From Lytechinus pictus (taxonomy: Eukaryota), in NCBI RefSeq assembly GCF_037042905.1, contig NC_087263.1, positions 15,068,001 through 15,132,000 of the forward strand: DNA of 64,000 bases. The letters are read 5' to 3'. A program made the position numbers and the translations under genes. The notes beneath the pieces are model-generated. The model saw nothing but the letters and a program-made list of their open reading frames with translations, did no database searches and had not been told where the DNA came from. Positions within the stretch are counted from its first letter, which is position 1; every line of letters starts with the position of its first letter. Positions 27,981 to 41,033 of the stretch are shown in pieces.

Positions 27981-28255
27981 GGCCCTGTCTTACAAAGAGT
28001 TACGATTGATCCAATCAATTGCAACTCTATGGAAATCCATCAGTGTCATAATTTTTTCTGCAGGAAATCGGTACAATGTCCTTTGTAAACAACGAGAAGC
28101 ACAGTGAATTTTAAAGAAAACAATAAATGCATGAATATACATCATGGTTAGAAAATATTTTGAACAAACATGCATAATAGATATTGACATTGCCGACCGT
28201 CCATAGTTGTGATTGTTCGGATCAAACGCAACCCTTTGTATTAAAGATGGGGTCC
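27981..28255. mobile_element. MITE, GCCCTGTCTTACAAAGAGTT family (second copy 43367-43645)
   Basis: Two similar ~275-bp copies with terminal inverted repeats. Confidence 0.75.
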
Positions 28256-29112
28256 TGGTGTACAATAATTTTGAATTGATCAGGGGGAGCGGCACTCATT
28301 GTATTGACATGATTGTATTGACATCCAGGCTAAAATTAAAGTAATCCATACCCCAAGGCCCTATATACATGTACAGTATATTTTTAAATAAAAAATTACA
28401 GATAGAATACAAACCTTGCAATCTACTACATGTATATATATATATTACCTCAGAGATTGATCACATGATCTAATGGAGATCCATACCAAATGCATCCTTT
28501 TCACATAACTAACTATTCTTTGAATATCACTTCTGTCATAGTATTCAGTCAAATTGTATATTTCATGTATATATTCCAGCCGTATACATCCCAAGTATAT
28601 GTTCCACATATATAGTCCAGTATATTTCAAGAATATATTTCGTTCATATACTCCAGTATATATTCCACTTCCAGTTGATATATTCCACCAAGTAAAAAGA
28701 CAGGTACATTCAAGTTCCAAAATACACGAGTGCTATTAATTTATAATCGAGTACAAAATCCTTGTATATGTTTGTATTCCAAGTATATATTTCACTTATA
28801 TACTCCGGCATGTATTCCAGTAATATATATTCCATCCAAGCAACGAGACAGGTATATTCAAGGTCCAAAATACATTAGTGATGTTAGGTGCACTGCTATG
28901 AAAGCTGGTTTATTCTGATGTACAACAATCCATTGATCTTTTGCTGAAGTGTGTACACACATGTCTACAGGCCTAATTTACTCCCGAGTTCAAACTGTGA
29001 ACTAGTCTCCCATCAAGGCTGATGCAGAGGTCAGTGGGGGTGTTGATGGGAAGATTGGTACCTGAATTGCATCCATTCACACATGTCAAAGGAAGACACT
29101 TTAGCTATTACG

Positions 29113-29403
29113 TTGAGTGTTGTGGCCCAGTGGATTAGTCTTCTGACTTTGAAACAGAGGGTCGCGGGTTCAAATCCCAGCCATGGCATAATTTCCTTCA
29201 ACAAAAAATTCATCCACATTGTGCCGCACTCAACCCAGGTGAGATGAATGGGGTACCTGGCAGGAATTTATTCCTTGAAATGCCACTGCGCTGTAAAAGG
29301 CTGCGGGGCTAAAGCCAGAGTAAGAATATCCAAGTCCTTTGGAAGCGCATAGGGATGTTATGACATAATGCGCTATACAAGAACTGTGTTATTATCATTA
29401 TTA
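29113..29403 (+). mobile_element. tRNA-derived SINE
   Basis: TGGCCCAGTGG / GGTTCAAATCC boxes, shared central domain and a TAT tail. Confidence 0.85.
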
Positions 29404-32400
29404 CACATTGAAGGTGCATTGATACCAAAATAGAGTGTGGTTCAGAATGCTTAATTCATTACCATCACCAACAAGCTGATTTTTTTTAAATACAAAAATT
29501 TAGACAAGCATAGCATTAGAGATTTCATTGAATAAATGGATGTAAAATAAGAGAAATACTGTATTGAGTATTCTATATTTTGCTTTACATTTACTAAAAA
29601 GTTATATAGTTTATAAATATTTCAAACTTTTATACATATATTTGAGAATGAAGGGGATCACCACAAAGTCATTATTGGAGGAAAAATCAAACATGTCAAG
29701 TTTCATGTAAAATATTGTAAAAAGATGTCTTTGGTTCCCCGTCCTTGATGTGCATATCATTGTTTTGTGAATATGAGTTTGATAGGGACAGTGATTTTCT
29801 GTTTAACCAGTAAATAAAACAGAAATTCGGTTTGGTTCTTATACTTTTCATGTAAAAATTCATAGAATTTACCTTTGCAAAACAGAATTAAGGTTTTTGC
29901 TGTGTACATTTTCAGTGACAAAATGAAATTTCAAGATCAAGTTGAAACGGAATTACAGATTTTCAAAAACGGAAAAGACCATTTTTTTAAACGGAAAATC
30001 ACTGTCTCTAGTTAGACTTTCTTAAACTTCCATCTGGATTTGATGAAATATTAGGTGCTACGCTGATTTGATATTTCTCTATTCATTCCAATCAAGTTTG
30101 CTAAAGTGGACTCTACCCCAGCACAAATTTGTGAAAATGTTTTATACATAAATACTGATTGACTAGTGATGCAAATGTTACGATCAATATCAAAATGTTT
30201 TGTCATCTAAGTTTTGCTGGCCAAAAAGTTTCTACATGTTGGAGAGAAAGGGGTTTTAGAAACATTTCAAGATTAATCTTTCACCCTTTTTTTTTTTTTT
30301 GGGGGGGGGGCTTTAGTATATATTCTAATAATGAAAAATAGAAGCCTGGTGAGGAATAAGATCTGACTTTACCAAGGCTAGCCCAAGCTTCCCTCTGGGA
30401 GCGGAACGTTGAAGTTCATTCCCGAGTCATGGCACGTGGAGGGGTGGTATCAAATTACTACACCACGTGTCGCACAATTTGAGGGGAAATAGCAGAAATT
30501 ATCAAATGACTTGAAATTAATGATATCCTCTGCACTTGGTGAAGTCGGGGGATATATCTTAATATATTAGCCTACAGGTACAAAAGGATATCAGTGTGTC
30601 TTAGTTCATAATAGAGCTATTTCAATACTAAAAAGGTTTGAGAAAGTATTGATTTCTTTTTTTAATAACATTGATTTCATTTGCCAATCTCATATCTTTT
30701 ACCATCTTCCTTTACTCCCTTTCGTTTTCTTTCTTTCCTCTTTCTCCCCTCCTCTTCACATTCTTTTACTATTTCTCATCTTCTCCCTTCATGTATATTC
30801 TTTCCAATTTTCCCCTCTCCCCCCCCCCCTCCCCCATCCCTCTCCCTATCCCATGTCATTTCCTTGTCCTCCTCATTCTCACCTTTGATTCCCTTCCTTC
30901 CAATCTAATTCTTTGCCATCCATCCATCCATTCCCTACCCATCCCATGCTCTTTCTCCAACTATCAAACCTTCTTCATCCTCTCTATATTCCCCAAAATA
31001 CTAAGGAGGACCTTTCAAGATCGGGACAAATCATTATTTCTACAGTTTCCTTGTCCTCTTCATTTTCATCTTTCATTCTCCTTCCTTCCAATTTAATTCT
31101 TCCCCATCCTTCAATCCACCACCCCACCCTGAGGTCTACTTCTCCAACTACTAACCACTCTTCTCCATCTCTTTATCTTCCCCAAAATAAGGAGGCTCTT
31201 TCAAAATCAAGACAAATCAGTATAAAATATTAAAGATCAACTTTCTGCAATTGCCTTGTCCTCCTAATGCTCATCTTTCATTCTCCTTCCTTCCAATGTA
31301 ATTCTTCCCCATCCTTCCATCCCACCCTGTGGTCTACCTCTCCAACTGCTAAAAACACTCTTCCTCTTTATCTTCCCCAGAATGATAAGGAGGTCCTTTC
31401 AAGAAGTGGGACAAAGCGGTACTAAGAGGCACGCGACCTACGAAGTCCAGTTAATGACAAAACCGCATCTCCCCATGTCGGAGCGAGAGGGGGGCTTGAG
31501 GAGGCACCTTCCCCCTGTGATGATCCTGTCATCATCGGTTTGAAATGGGACCCCTGACCGGGCCGAGAGTGCTTGTCCTCTTTGGGCCTCACAGAATGTT
31601 CACACTTCTTCACCTTCCATTTTAGAAAGGATTTGTCCCAAGAAAATTAGGACTGAAATCTCACAGATATCACGACAAAACGAGAAAATATTGTTGCTGT
31701 TTGTATAAACAGTCAATTGGATATACAGCAATTCCTAAAAAAAGCTACATAACAATTATTACCTTCAGTCAAATGCTGGAAGGGATACAATTAGAGGCAC
31801 CTCTCACATTATAGACATTATCTGAATTAAATCCAGATACAACACCCATCTAAAGGTGATATGTTAACATGCATTTCTCATGTTGCAGAACTAATCCAGA
31901 TTCCATATCCAATAGTGAATATGAACAGGGTACAAGATGTTTACACCAATCAAGCAATAGGCTGGGATAAAATTGAAATGCACCTCTCACATTACAAATC
32001 TAATTCCGATAGGAAACCAATCTAGAAGCGAGTATAAACAGGACACAAGATGTTTCCACCGAATAACGCAAAAGGCTCATAAATGCAGAAACGTGCACCT
32101 TTCATACTGCTATCTTAATCTGGACTGAATCTGGATTTGACACCCATCCAACAGCAAGTATGAACAGGATGCAGGATGTTTACACCAATCATGGAATACT
32201 CGGTGAAAACATATTTTCCCTCTTCTCGCTTTATACATGTACCTCACAGAGCCTCTCGGACCATGTAGCTTCCTAATTGGTGCACAGTATGCCCTCTTGC
32301 CTCTACCTTAATTTCTCTGGAATTCCAGAACCAAAGTCACGGGGGCGCTCCGATTCGCCCCTGATCGTTTGGAATCCAATTCATTGCACAATGACAGCCT

Positions 32401-33640
32401 TGTGTAAGGAGATCGATCTTGTTTTCACAAGAAAATGGGTTCCAGGGTTTGGGACGATTAAAGATGATGGGTCTATTAAAGAATTGTCTCTTTTTATTCT
32501 TTTGATATAAAACAGGAATTATCAAAAGTGAAAATTGCCTCTTTTTCATAAAAAAAGTTAGGCCATAAACATGAAGACAGAAAAAAATCTGGTTTTTACT
32601 TCTAAAAAAAAGTACCTCTGACTTTGTATCGCATCTACTTTGATTTTAAAATGAATGAAAGTCTATTTTAATACTTTAAATATGACGGTAGAATATAGCG
32701 TGTTATGTAGCACAAGTGGTGAATAAAAAATAATAATAATTAAAAGGAATAAATCAATAATCATAAAAAAGATATATGAGTCTAAAGTTTTGTCCATAAA
32801 CTTTCGATGTACTTTGCTATTTACCCCCAGGTATATATAAAAAATATAAGATATTGGGCTTTTGTGGTAAAAATTGATACAAATTTATAATTTATTATGA
32901 AAACTTGAATTCTGAAACCAATTCCCCCTGCAACCAAGATGGGTGATGTCACCATAAACAGCTTTCAATCATACAATGTACATGTCAATTTCAGCAGTAG
33001 ATCGGGTTTGCAATACAGTTTTCACAAAATACATTGTAGATGAAGAGTTAGCGTATTATTAAAATGAGCAAAAGGAGATATTTTGGGGTATATTTATATG
33101 TACATGTACAAAAGAAGTGAATTGAATTGATTTATTGTCCAATTAATGGAAATTCAGTGCTCACTGGTTATTGACGAAACTACAAATACACAAACAATAA
33201 AAGGGGGAGTTGTTCAGGTGTGACATCACCAATCTTGGTCACATTGCCAATTGGAGGACCTCGATGCCATCAATTAACATTGTCAGCATTAAAATCTTTT
33301 TTTTTTTTACTTTGTTTGATCTTATTTCTGATTTATGTTTTCACACAAGCTAACTTATTCCAAAGGATTCATTTTCCTTGAAGTTTTTAACAGATTTATG
33401 GATCAGTCCACCTGGAATACCCAATGACACATACATTTTCTTTTCTTAGCAGAAGTATCCGATTAGCATAACAATGCTTGCGTGAGGAGTGTCTGAATTC
33501 CTAAACGATTCGGAATTCACTGACCGAGTTCGACACAGCACAGTACGGACGTCTTATTTTCAACGCTTCTTCCACGTGTTAAACTCTATAGGCCTTATCG
33601 TAATAGATCTACGTTTGGATTCGATGTTAAATATAAAATA

Positions 33641-34590
33641 ATGGCGAATCAAGAAATTAACCTCGGGTTATGCCACAAATTAAAGGCAGTTTCAGAAAAT
33701 TTTACTCAATAATCTGGAGTCTCTTCGCCTTCTTGTAAGCAATGCTACAAAGGAAGCATTGGCTCGTTTAAAGATTGGGCTGGCTGTTTGATTATGTTGA
33801 TTCTCGATACATTGCCCGGGTCAGCGGAGCTTCTACAACTAAAAAAGGGCGTCGGAGATGTCTTTCGAAAGGTAATAAGGTTCAATATGAATATAATTCT
33901 AGAGGCCAGGAGGAGTTGGATAAGAAATTTGCCTTATTAGAGTAAGGTAAGCAGCGGGCGCAGCCCTTGCTTTGCTGAAGTAAGGTATTGCAGATATAAT
34001 TAAAAGGAAGAAACATATCAGAAAAGCAGATGAATCTGAAGCAGGTTAGTGAGATAAAGATGAATGAAAATTCCAAACTAGGCTATTGCTTTGAAATTTA
34101 TGAACGGTTGTACATAATAGATATGGCCTTATGTTGTTAATGGAAGCTGTTCGTTTTTCAGCGGAATTACTTTATGACTTAATTATGGGAGATTAATCAA
34201 ATAAATATATAGAGATCATTTTTATATTTTAGGTTGGTCCGCATTGGATGAATACTGATGAGGGAGAAAAGAATGAGGCAAGCTCAGGCTTGTGTAAATA
34301 GAAAGCGTAAGTTATTTCGTTCAACAAACAAAGGTTATATTGGGCAAGAATGTTGGAAATTTTCAAGGTTCTTCTACTACTTCCGACAACTTATTTCGTA
34401 TACCCTTTGGGTCAAGAAATCGATATTCGCTTGGCAGTGTCGCCAACTTATATGTACAAAATAGTTGGCGCGGGTATGCAAGTTGCCTCAGACCACCGAC
34501 GAACGTTTTGCCTGTGGTAGACATGGGCACTGGAGAAGTTGCCCAGGTATCAGGAAGCAAGATCCCAGCAAGATTCATCCTTCAGAGATA
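33641..34590 (+). pseudogene. gag-like ORF remnant of the DIRS/PAT element
   Basis: SKGNKVQYEYN (33865), KHIRKADESEA|GWSALDEY across 34045-34232, and a degenerate zinc knuckle FACGRHGHWRSCP (~34507-34545). Interrupted by stops and frameshifts. Confidence 0.75.
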
Positions 34591-35029
34591 ACAATGCTCA
34601 ACAGAGTTAAATGATCCATTGATCATGGTCAAACTGAGCAAGGTAAATGTCAGTTTTGTTCTGTATTTGACGAAGTGTGGTATTTGAGAACTGAAGAGTA
34701 GAATGATCAGAAGGGCGTAGCAAAGGAATCTATTCTTGATTCTACCTAGTCCATAATTATATGTTAAGAAAAGATGTGTTATTTTGGTTGAATTCCACCT
34801 CTTACTAATGAACCTAGACATAGATATGACACAGATCAAACAATCTGGAATATATTGACTACTCCTGGTCCGTCAGCGGGCCCTTCTAAATTAAGAAATA
34901 TAGAAACAGAGCATTGTTGAATTTGTTTCGGTTGGGAAACATCGAGTAACGTTAGTGTTGATTCGACAAGATGTGCAGGGTAGGAGGAAGAATTTTATTT
35001 GAGAAATTATGAGTATGATCAATGAAATT

Positions 35030-36860
35030 CAGAACCTTTGGTTAAAGGTAGATTGAATGCTTCCTTACAATTTGGAAATCAACTGATGCATCTCAATTTG
35101 TTGTAGATGTCAATGAACATGGTTACAAATTACCTTACAATAAGATGATAAGTCAGCATTGACATCGATCCCGATTTCGTTTCTGAAGCCATTAACGAAT
35201 TATTATTAAAAAGGGTTTGGTTGTTGAATCCACCACTACACCCCATGATGTTACCCCCTTTCAGATTCAATTCAGAGTTCAGATATAAAAAGAGACTGAT
35301 TCTTGGTTAACGTTATGTCAACTAACACTTGTGGAAGAACACTATTATACTTGAAGACTGGAATGTAGTCATGTCTTATTTAAAACAGGGAGATTTTATG
35401 CTTTCCTTTGAACTTAAGCAAGGTTATCATCATTATTACATTTTTCAAGTGCATGAAAAATTGTAGGCTTTAGTTGGGATTTTGGTAGTGGTACAAGGTT
35501 TTTCTCCTTTTAGGTGTTGTCATTGGGTTGGCAACAGCTACCTTTGTTTTCATTACACGATTTAAGCCTATCGTTAATCATTGGCGTATAGAAATGGTAT
35601 TTTCATTTTTTTTTTGTATATAGATGATTGGGTCGTGCTGCTTCCTTTGATTCGTATGATACTATGGTCAAGACGGTGAAAAATGACTTACTTGAAGCAG
35701 GTTTGATACCAAATGTTGAGAAATATCTCAATGGACTCCTGTCCAGTGTTTGGATTGGTTAGGAATACCACGGGAAAGCAGAGTAGCTTATATAAAGATT
35801 ACTGAAAGAAGGATGAAGGATCTTGAGTTATGTTCAGATTCATTTCAAGCAGAATTGCCTGAGGTTTCAGAACGAAAGATCGTAGTTATAGTTGGAAAGA
35901 TACATTGTATCCAGTGTTTGGCACAGTTACTCAAATTAAAAACCAGATTTATGCATCACGAAATCATCCGGAGGGTACATTGGGATAGGACATAATGTGA
36001 TCAATAGTGATGAATTAATATTCGTGTTCTTCTTCTGGAGAAGAATTTGCATATTCTTAACGTAAACATTATTTCTGCTTATTCAGTTCCACAGACTTTC
36101 ATCTATTCTGATGCAAGTCCATCAGGCTGCGGGGCCTGGGTTTCTGAGTGCGCAGGCATGAAATGGGATGAGATTGGTTTGAGTTTGAAATGGTTAAAAA
36201 CTCCACTTGGAGAGAACTCAAGTCAGTAAGTATGACACTGCAAACAGTTGTATCTCACATGAGACATAAAACTGTCAAGGTCCTCTGTGATAATAAAGGA
36301 GTAGGATCGATTGTAAATAAAGGAAGTATGATTGCAGAATTGCATGAGATGAGTTTACACATCTTTGAGTTGTGTAAAAGAAACAACATTAGTCTTCACG
36401 TTCATTGGGCTCCCAGAGAGGAGAACCGTTTTGCAGATGCATTAAGTCGCATGATAGATTTTGATGATTGGGGTGTGTCAGATGAATTTGTCGGATTTTT
36501 GGACAAAATCTGGGGCCCTCACACTGTGGACAGACTTGCGGACGATTTTAATTTCAAAATTAAGAAGTTCAATTCTAAATATTGGTGTCCCCTAATAGAT
36601 CATGTTGATCCCTTCTCATGTGATTGGTCGGGCGAGAATAATTGGTTGGTTCCACCTATCGAATGTATAGCATGTATAGGGCAAGTACTTAAGCATCTGA
36701 AGGTTTTGTTCTGCTAGGGGGACTTTGGTTGTTCCCTTCTGGCCGTCTGCACCCTTCTGGCCGATTCTTTTCTCTGAACAAAGTGATTTTCGTTCCTTAT
36801 TCTCTGAATACTTCAAAATTGATAATCCTCAAGGAATTTTCGTTCAAGGCAGAAATAATA
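35030..36860 (+). pseudogene. RT / RNase H / DNA adenine methyltransferase-like ORF remnant
   Basis: RT motifs VKGRL, GYKLP, KRLIL..RYVN, ELKQGYHH and YIDD (~35617). RNase H motifs YSDAS, STWREL, CDN and HWAPREENRFADALSR. MT-like motifs WGPHTVDRLA, DWSGENNWLVPP and VVPFWPSAPFWP. Many frameshifts. Confidence 0.9.
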
Positions 36861-37605
36861 ATTAAAAAAAAAAAAAAAAAAACGGTTTGTGAGAGATGGC
36901 TGACATGAACAGATGAATGCTGGTATGTAATAAATCCATTTGATGGAGGTTAATTCAAAATTATACTGTTGGAATGCAACATGTAATTTTTACACGGCCG
37001 CATGGCAGATAGCTGCATAGCTAGGATCCACTTATGCTGCAGAGCAAAGAAGTGGTGATGGAAATTGGAGAATGTTATGATTATGTAAAAGGATAACCAT
37101 CGTAAAGGTTGATAAGGAATTGATATGAGATTTCATTCTCAAATTAGTTATAATTTACTGGCGGCGGAGCTCAGAATGAAGAAATTGGTGATGATTGAAA
37201 ACATTCAAAGTCTCAAAATTACAGAATTCTTGTGAATGAAATGTTTCAGAAAGTTTTTTGCAAGTGTTTTAAGGCAAAAATAAATATTTTCGCAAAGGAA
37301 ATGAATCCCAAAGCTATTGTTTTGCTAAGCCTTCAAGACGATTGAAACGAATTATGATATGGAATTGTGATCTAATGAATTTCATACTGAAATTTTAGTG
37401 AAAATATAAAACCACCTGGTTTGAGGATAGCTGCATAGTTAATGTTTAATTTTGCTGTCATGGCTGTAAAACGTATTAGAAGTGATTAAATTTTGAGAAT
37501 TTGATAAGAATGACTGAACTTGAGAATTTATCACAATTTGAATATATTGTGTTGAGATAAATATATACCAGCTTATAAGTTTTGTTTAATTTTTCTTAAA
37601 TCCAG

Positions 37606-38574
37606 AAATTCTCTTCATGAAGGATATGATATAACTTTGAACAAGGTCTTGACAGCTTCGAGAGCTGATAACACTATGAGTAAATACAACAGAGCGTTGA
37701 ATAACTGGAGAGATTAGTGTAAGCAAAATAAAGTAAATTCTGACACAGCAGAACCAGAAGATATTAGTCGCTATCTTATTCATTTGTATCAAAGAGAAGC
37801 TCCTTATTCGAGGATAGAATCGGCTTTTTACGCCATTAAGTGGCATTTTGACTGCAAGCCAAGGATGAATGTTAATCCCTGTGATCGCAAGTTCATACAT
37901 ATTGTTTTACAATGTTTAAAGAAATTACTAAACAAACCGATCGTTAAGAAAGAAGTTATAACCCCAGACATTTTGAAAGCAGTTGTTGAGAAGTATGGAT
38001 CTTCAACGAGTCTATTAGATATTCGATTATGTGCTATGATTTTGATTTCCTACGCAGGCATTCTACGATTTGATGAAATGATACATATTCGTAAATGTGA
38101 TTTAGACTTGTATTTGTCTCATGTGAATACTTTCATCATGAAAAGTAAAACCGATATTTACAGGCAAGGAGCATGGGTTCTTATAGGTGCTACAAATTCC
38201 CCACCTGCCCCGTATTAGCTTTGAGGAAATATTTGATTGCAGCGGGGCTTAACGATGCCTCTGATGAAGTATTTCTTTTTAGGCCTCTAAATTACTGTAA
38301 ATCCAGTAATAGTTACAAGTTAAGACGTGGACAGTTGTCTTATACTAGATGTTTAGAATTATTGAGAGAGGCGTTGGCGAAAGTAGGGTTGAATCCAAAG
38401 AGTTTTGGCATGCATAGCCTCCGAAGTGGCGGAGCCACAGCAGCAGCGAACTTTGGTGTTCCAGACAGGTTGTTTAAGAAACATGGTAGGTGGAGGTCGG
38501 AGACTGCTAAGGATGGATATATTAAAGACAATATGAAGGATTGTCTTTCAATTTTTATGAATTTGGGGCTTTAG
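37606..38574 (+). pseudogene. Tyrosine recombinase of the DIRS/PAT element
   Basis: SRADNTMSKY N-terminus, then LRFDE, SKTD, HSLRSGGAT, HGRW and DGY catalytic motifs. There is an in-frame stop near 37715 and a frameshift near 38200. Confidence 0.93.
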
Positions 38575-40154
38575 AATTATTTTTATACCGGGTAAATTAG
38601 CCTCAGCCTAGTATGATTATACGTATAACTTTGTTAAAGATGGATTGTAGGCGTTCGATGAGATTGTTGAATGAGACATGTATTATTATCATTATACATT
38701 TAAAGTTGGTTAAATTGAAATGATTGCGTCGTGTAACTCATTTTCTTGTTTACCCGTTCTTTGATTGACTGAGAGGGGGAGCTATAAGTTTAGCTTGTCT
38801 TGCCGTCGAAGCTTGGTGCTCCCCTCGAAACAGGTATGTTTTTTGGAAAGTATATAAAATGTTTTCTATTTCAGGTGTTGATGTTGTTGCACTGGTTGTG
38901 CTTAAGGATAGTGAGGCGTGACTGAAAATAATTTATTCACGATTGAGAGTCGAATTAGGGAATAAATACATTTTCTTTTCTTAGCAGAAGTATCCGATTA
39001 GCATAACAATGCTTGCGTGAGGAGTGTCTGAATTCCTAAACGATTCGGAATTCACTGACCGAGTTCGACACAGCACAGTACGGACGTCTTATTCGGGATG
39101 GATATGTGGACGATTGACTGGATGCAAGAAGATAGAGCAAAGAGAATTCTGATGGATGAATAGGCCTTACAGCATGTACAGTACATTGATGAGTTCTTCG
39201 AGATCTGAACTCAGAGGGAGGCCTCAGTACATTCGTCAGTAAGTACCGTTCGTGCTGTCTTGCCGTCGAAGCTTGGTGCTCCCCTCGAAACAGGTATGTT
39301 TTTTGGAAAGTATATAAAATGTTTTCTATTTCAGGTGTTGATGTTGTTGCACTGGTTGTGCTTAAGGATAGTGAGGCGTGACTGAAAATAATTTATTCAC
39401 GATTGAGAGTCGAATTAGGGAATAATGACATTGCAAAGCAGACTCAGTGTGCAATATCTAAAGTGCTTTGCTGCCCTCTAGTGGCAAGTGTGTGCTTATC
39501 CTCAGAAAAATGAAATGTGGGTCGTCAGGAAATCTGCTCATTCATTGAAAACATTACAATGTATTGAACTCATTTAACAAAATGAATGCATTTTTACGTT
39601 TTTGATATAATACATGTAATTTATAGGTAACTTTATGGGGGGAGGAGGCTAGGCTGAGCATACCATATGTATAACTATGTCAATAACTGCAGTATAATCA
39701 GAAAATAAATCCTTCAAAATACAACGAGTTCAGGTATACTGTCATTTTCTCTCAATTTTTTTATTATGGTACAAGTTCGAGGGGATATTTTAGTAAAGAG
39801 ATGCACTGAAAAGTGCACATTCTTGTGAGGGGTACTTGTTTTGGTTTGGCTTTGTAGTCTACATGAAAATTTATCTGTATCCCTATAAATGAATTCATAG
39901 ATAAATGGGCAATTCCATGAAATGATTAACCTTTTTGTACGTCCGACCCCCATTTATTTCACTTCATAATATTACTTCACTTCATAAACTGTCCAAGTTA
40001 TGGTCCTTTGAGAACATTACAGATTGTCAAAAGAAGAAGAGATCAGAGACAGAAAATTTAATGAAGGTCCCACATACAGGGGGTTGAACGTACATATTTT
40101 ATGGAATTGCCCAAATGAATAAATCTTTTTGAAAAAAGTGAAGAAATATCTTAC

Positions 40155-40207
40155 CATCTGACTAGTAGTCCTGGGTGTAGGATTGATCCCAGCGACTTTC
40201 TCATTAG
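40155..40207 (-). CDS. NAV: Neuron navigator CH-domain exon 2 (TNEKVAGINPTPRTTSQM)
   Basis: 53-nt exon with tttttccag acceptor and gtaaga donor. Phase 1 to 0 joins the flanking exons. Resembles NAV 'ANEKIEDIN..P..RSQM'. Confidence 0.92.
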
Positions 40208-41033
40208 CTGGAAAAAAAAAGGAAAATAATAAAACAATGAGAAATAATGAAACATCAAGATAAACAAGCAAAATCCTTATTTCGTGTCCAGTAAAATCAT
40301 CATTCATGTATATTGTATGAAGTCAACCTTCATAGTTGAATAATTGTCTATCAAAGTTTAAGATATTCTAAAAACCTGAGGGGGTGTTTCACAAAGATTT
40401 AGGTATGACTTTGAGTCGCAATTAAATGTCTAGTTGCGCACGGTCTAAAGGCATGACCGCACTGGTCAGATCATGCAAAGAGGACGCGCACTACTGCGTA
40501 TCATGTACACATCAGCATTTAAGTACAACACTAAGTCATACTTAAATCTTTGTGAAGAATGGGTTGCAATCAAACCCAGCTTAATTTCAAACAAATCAGG
40601 GCCATGTGAAATAAAGGTTTGCGATGGATAGCAAATGAAAGAATGAAACTGATTGGCTCCTGAGAAGAATTTTAAACAAAACGCATACACAACAATGATG
40701 TTGATTGGTCATCACCAATATGGAGCTATTTGGGGATTTTTTTTTTTTTTAGTCTTTAGCCCTCCAAAGGCCTTTTATTGAGTCAAATTATTTCAAAATA
40801 TACACAAGCAAAAAATTATTACACAATCAATAAATTAACTCAAATAATAATACTTCACATTTCTCTCTGGTGGGAATTTTGGTCTTGCACACTTGATTTA
40901 GCAGGTCAAAAACCGCATTACACAAAGCTTAGCCATCGACTGTAGAACTGTTTTTTGCACTTGATCCCAAAGTTCATTAGGTGCAATCAGTCATAACAAT
41001 TAGCCACAAATTAATCATAAAATCAATCAATAG

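Larger units (their letters stand above)
33431..39425 (+). mobile_element. PAT-like DIRS-order tyrosine-recombinase retrotransposon, defective
   Basis: Split direct repeats A1 33431-33558, B1 38796-38965, A2 38966-39093 and B2 39256-39425. Internal remnants of gag, RT, RNase H, methyltransferase-like and YR domains occur in the expected order. Confidence 0.93.

Noticed and set aside
31422..31613. GC-richer minus-strand ORF in the CH intron
   Set aside because: No convincing splice-site pair, and inclusion would disrupt the CH domain.
39094..39255. TGATGAG...hairpin in the A2-B2 spacer as a hammerhead
   Set aside because: No GAAA follows the hairpin, so the core is absent.
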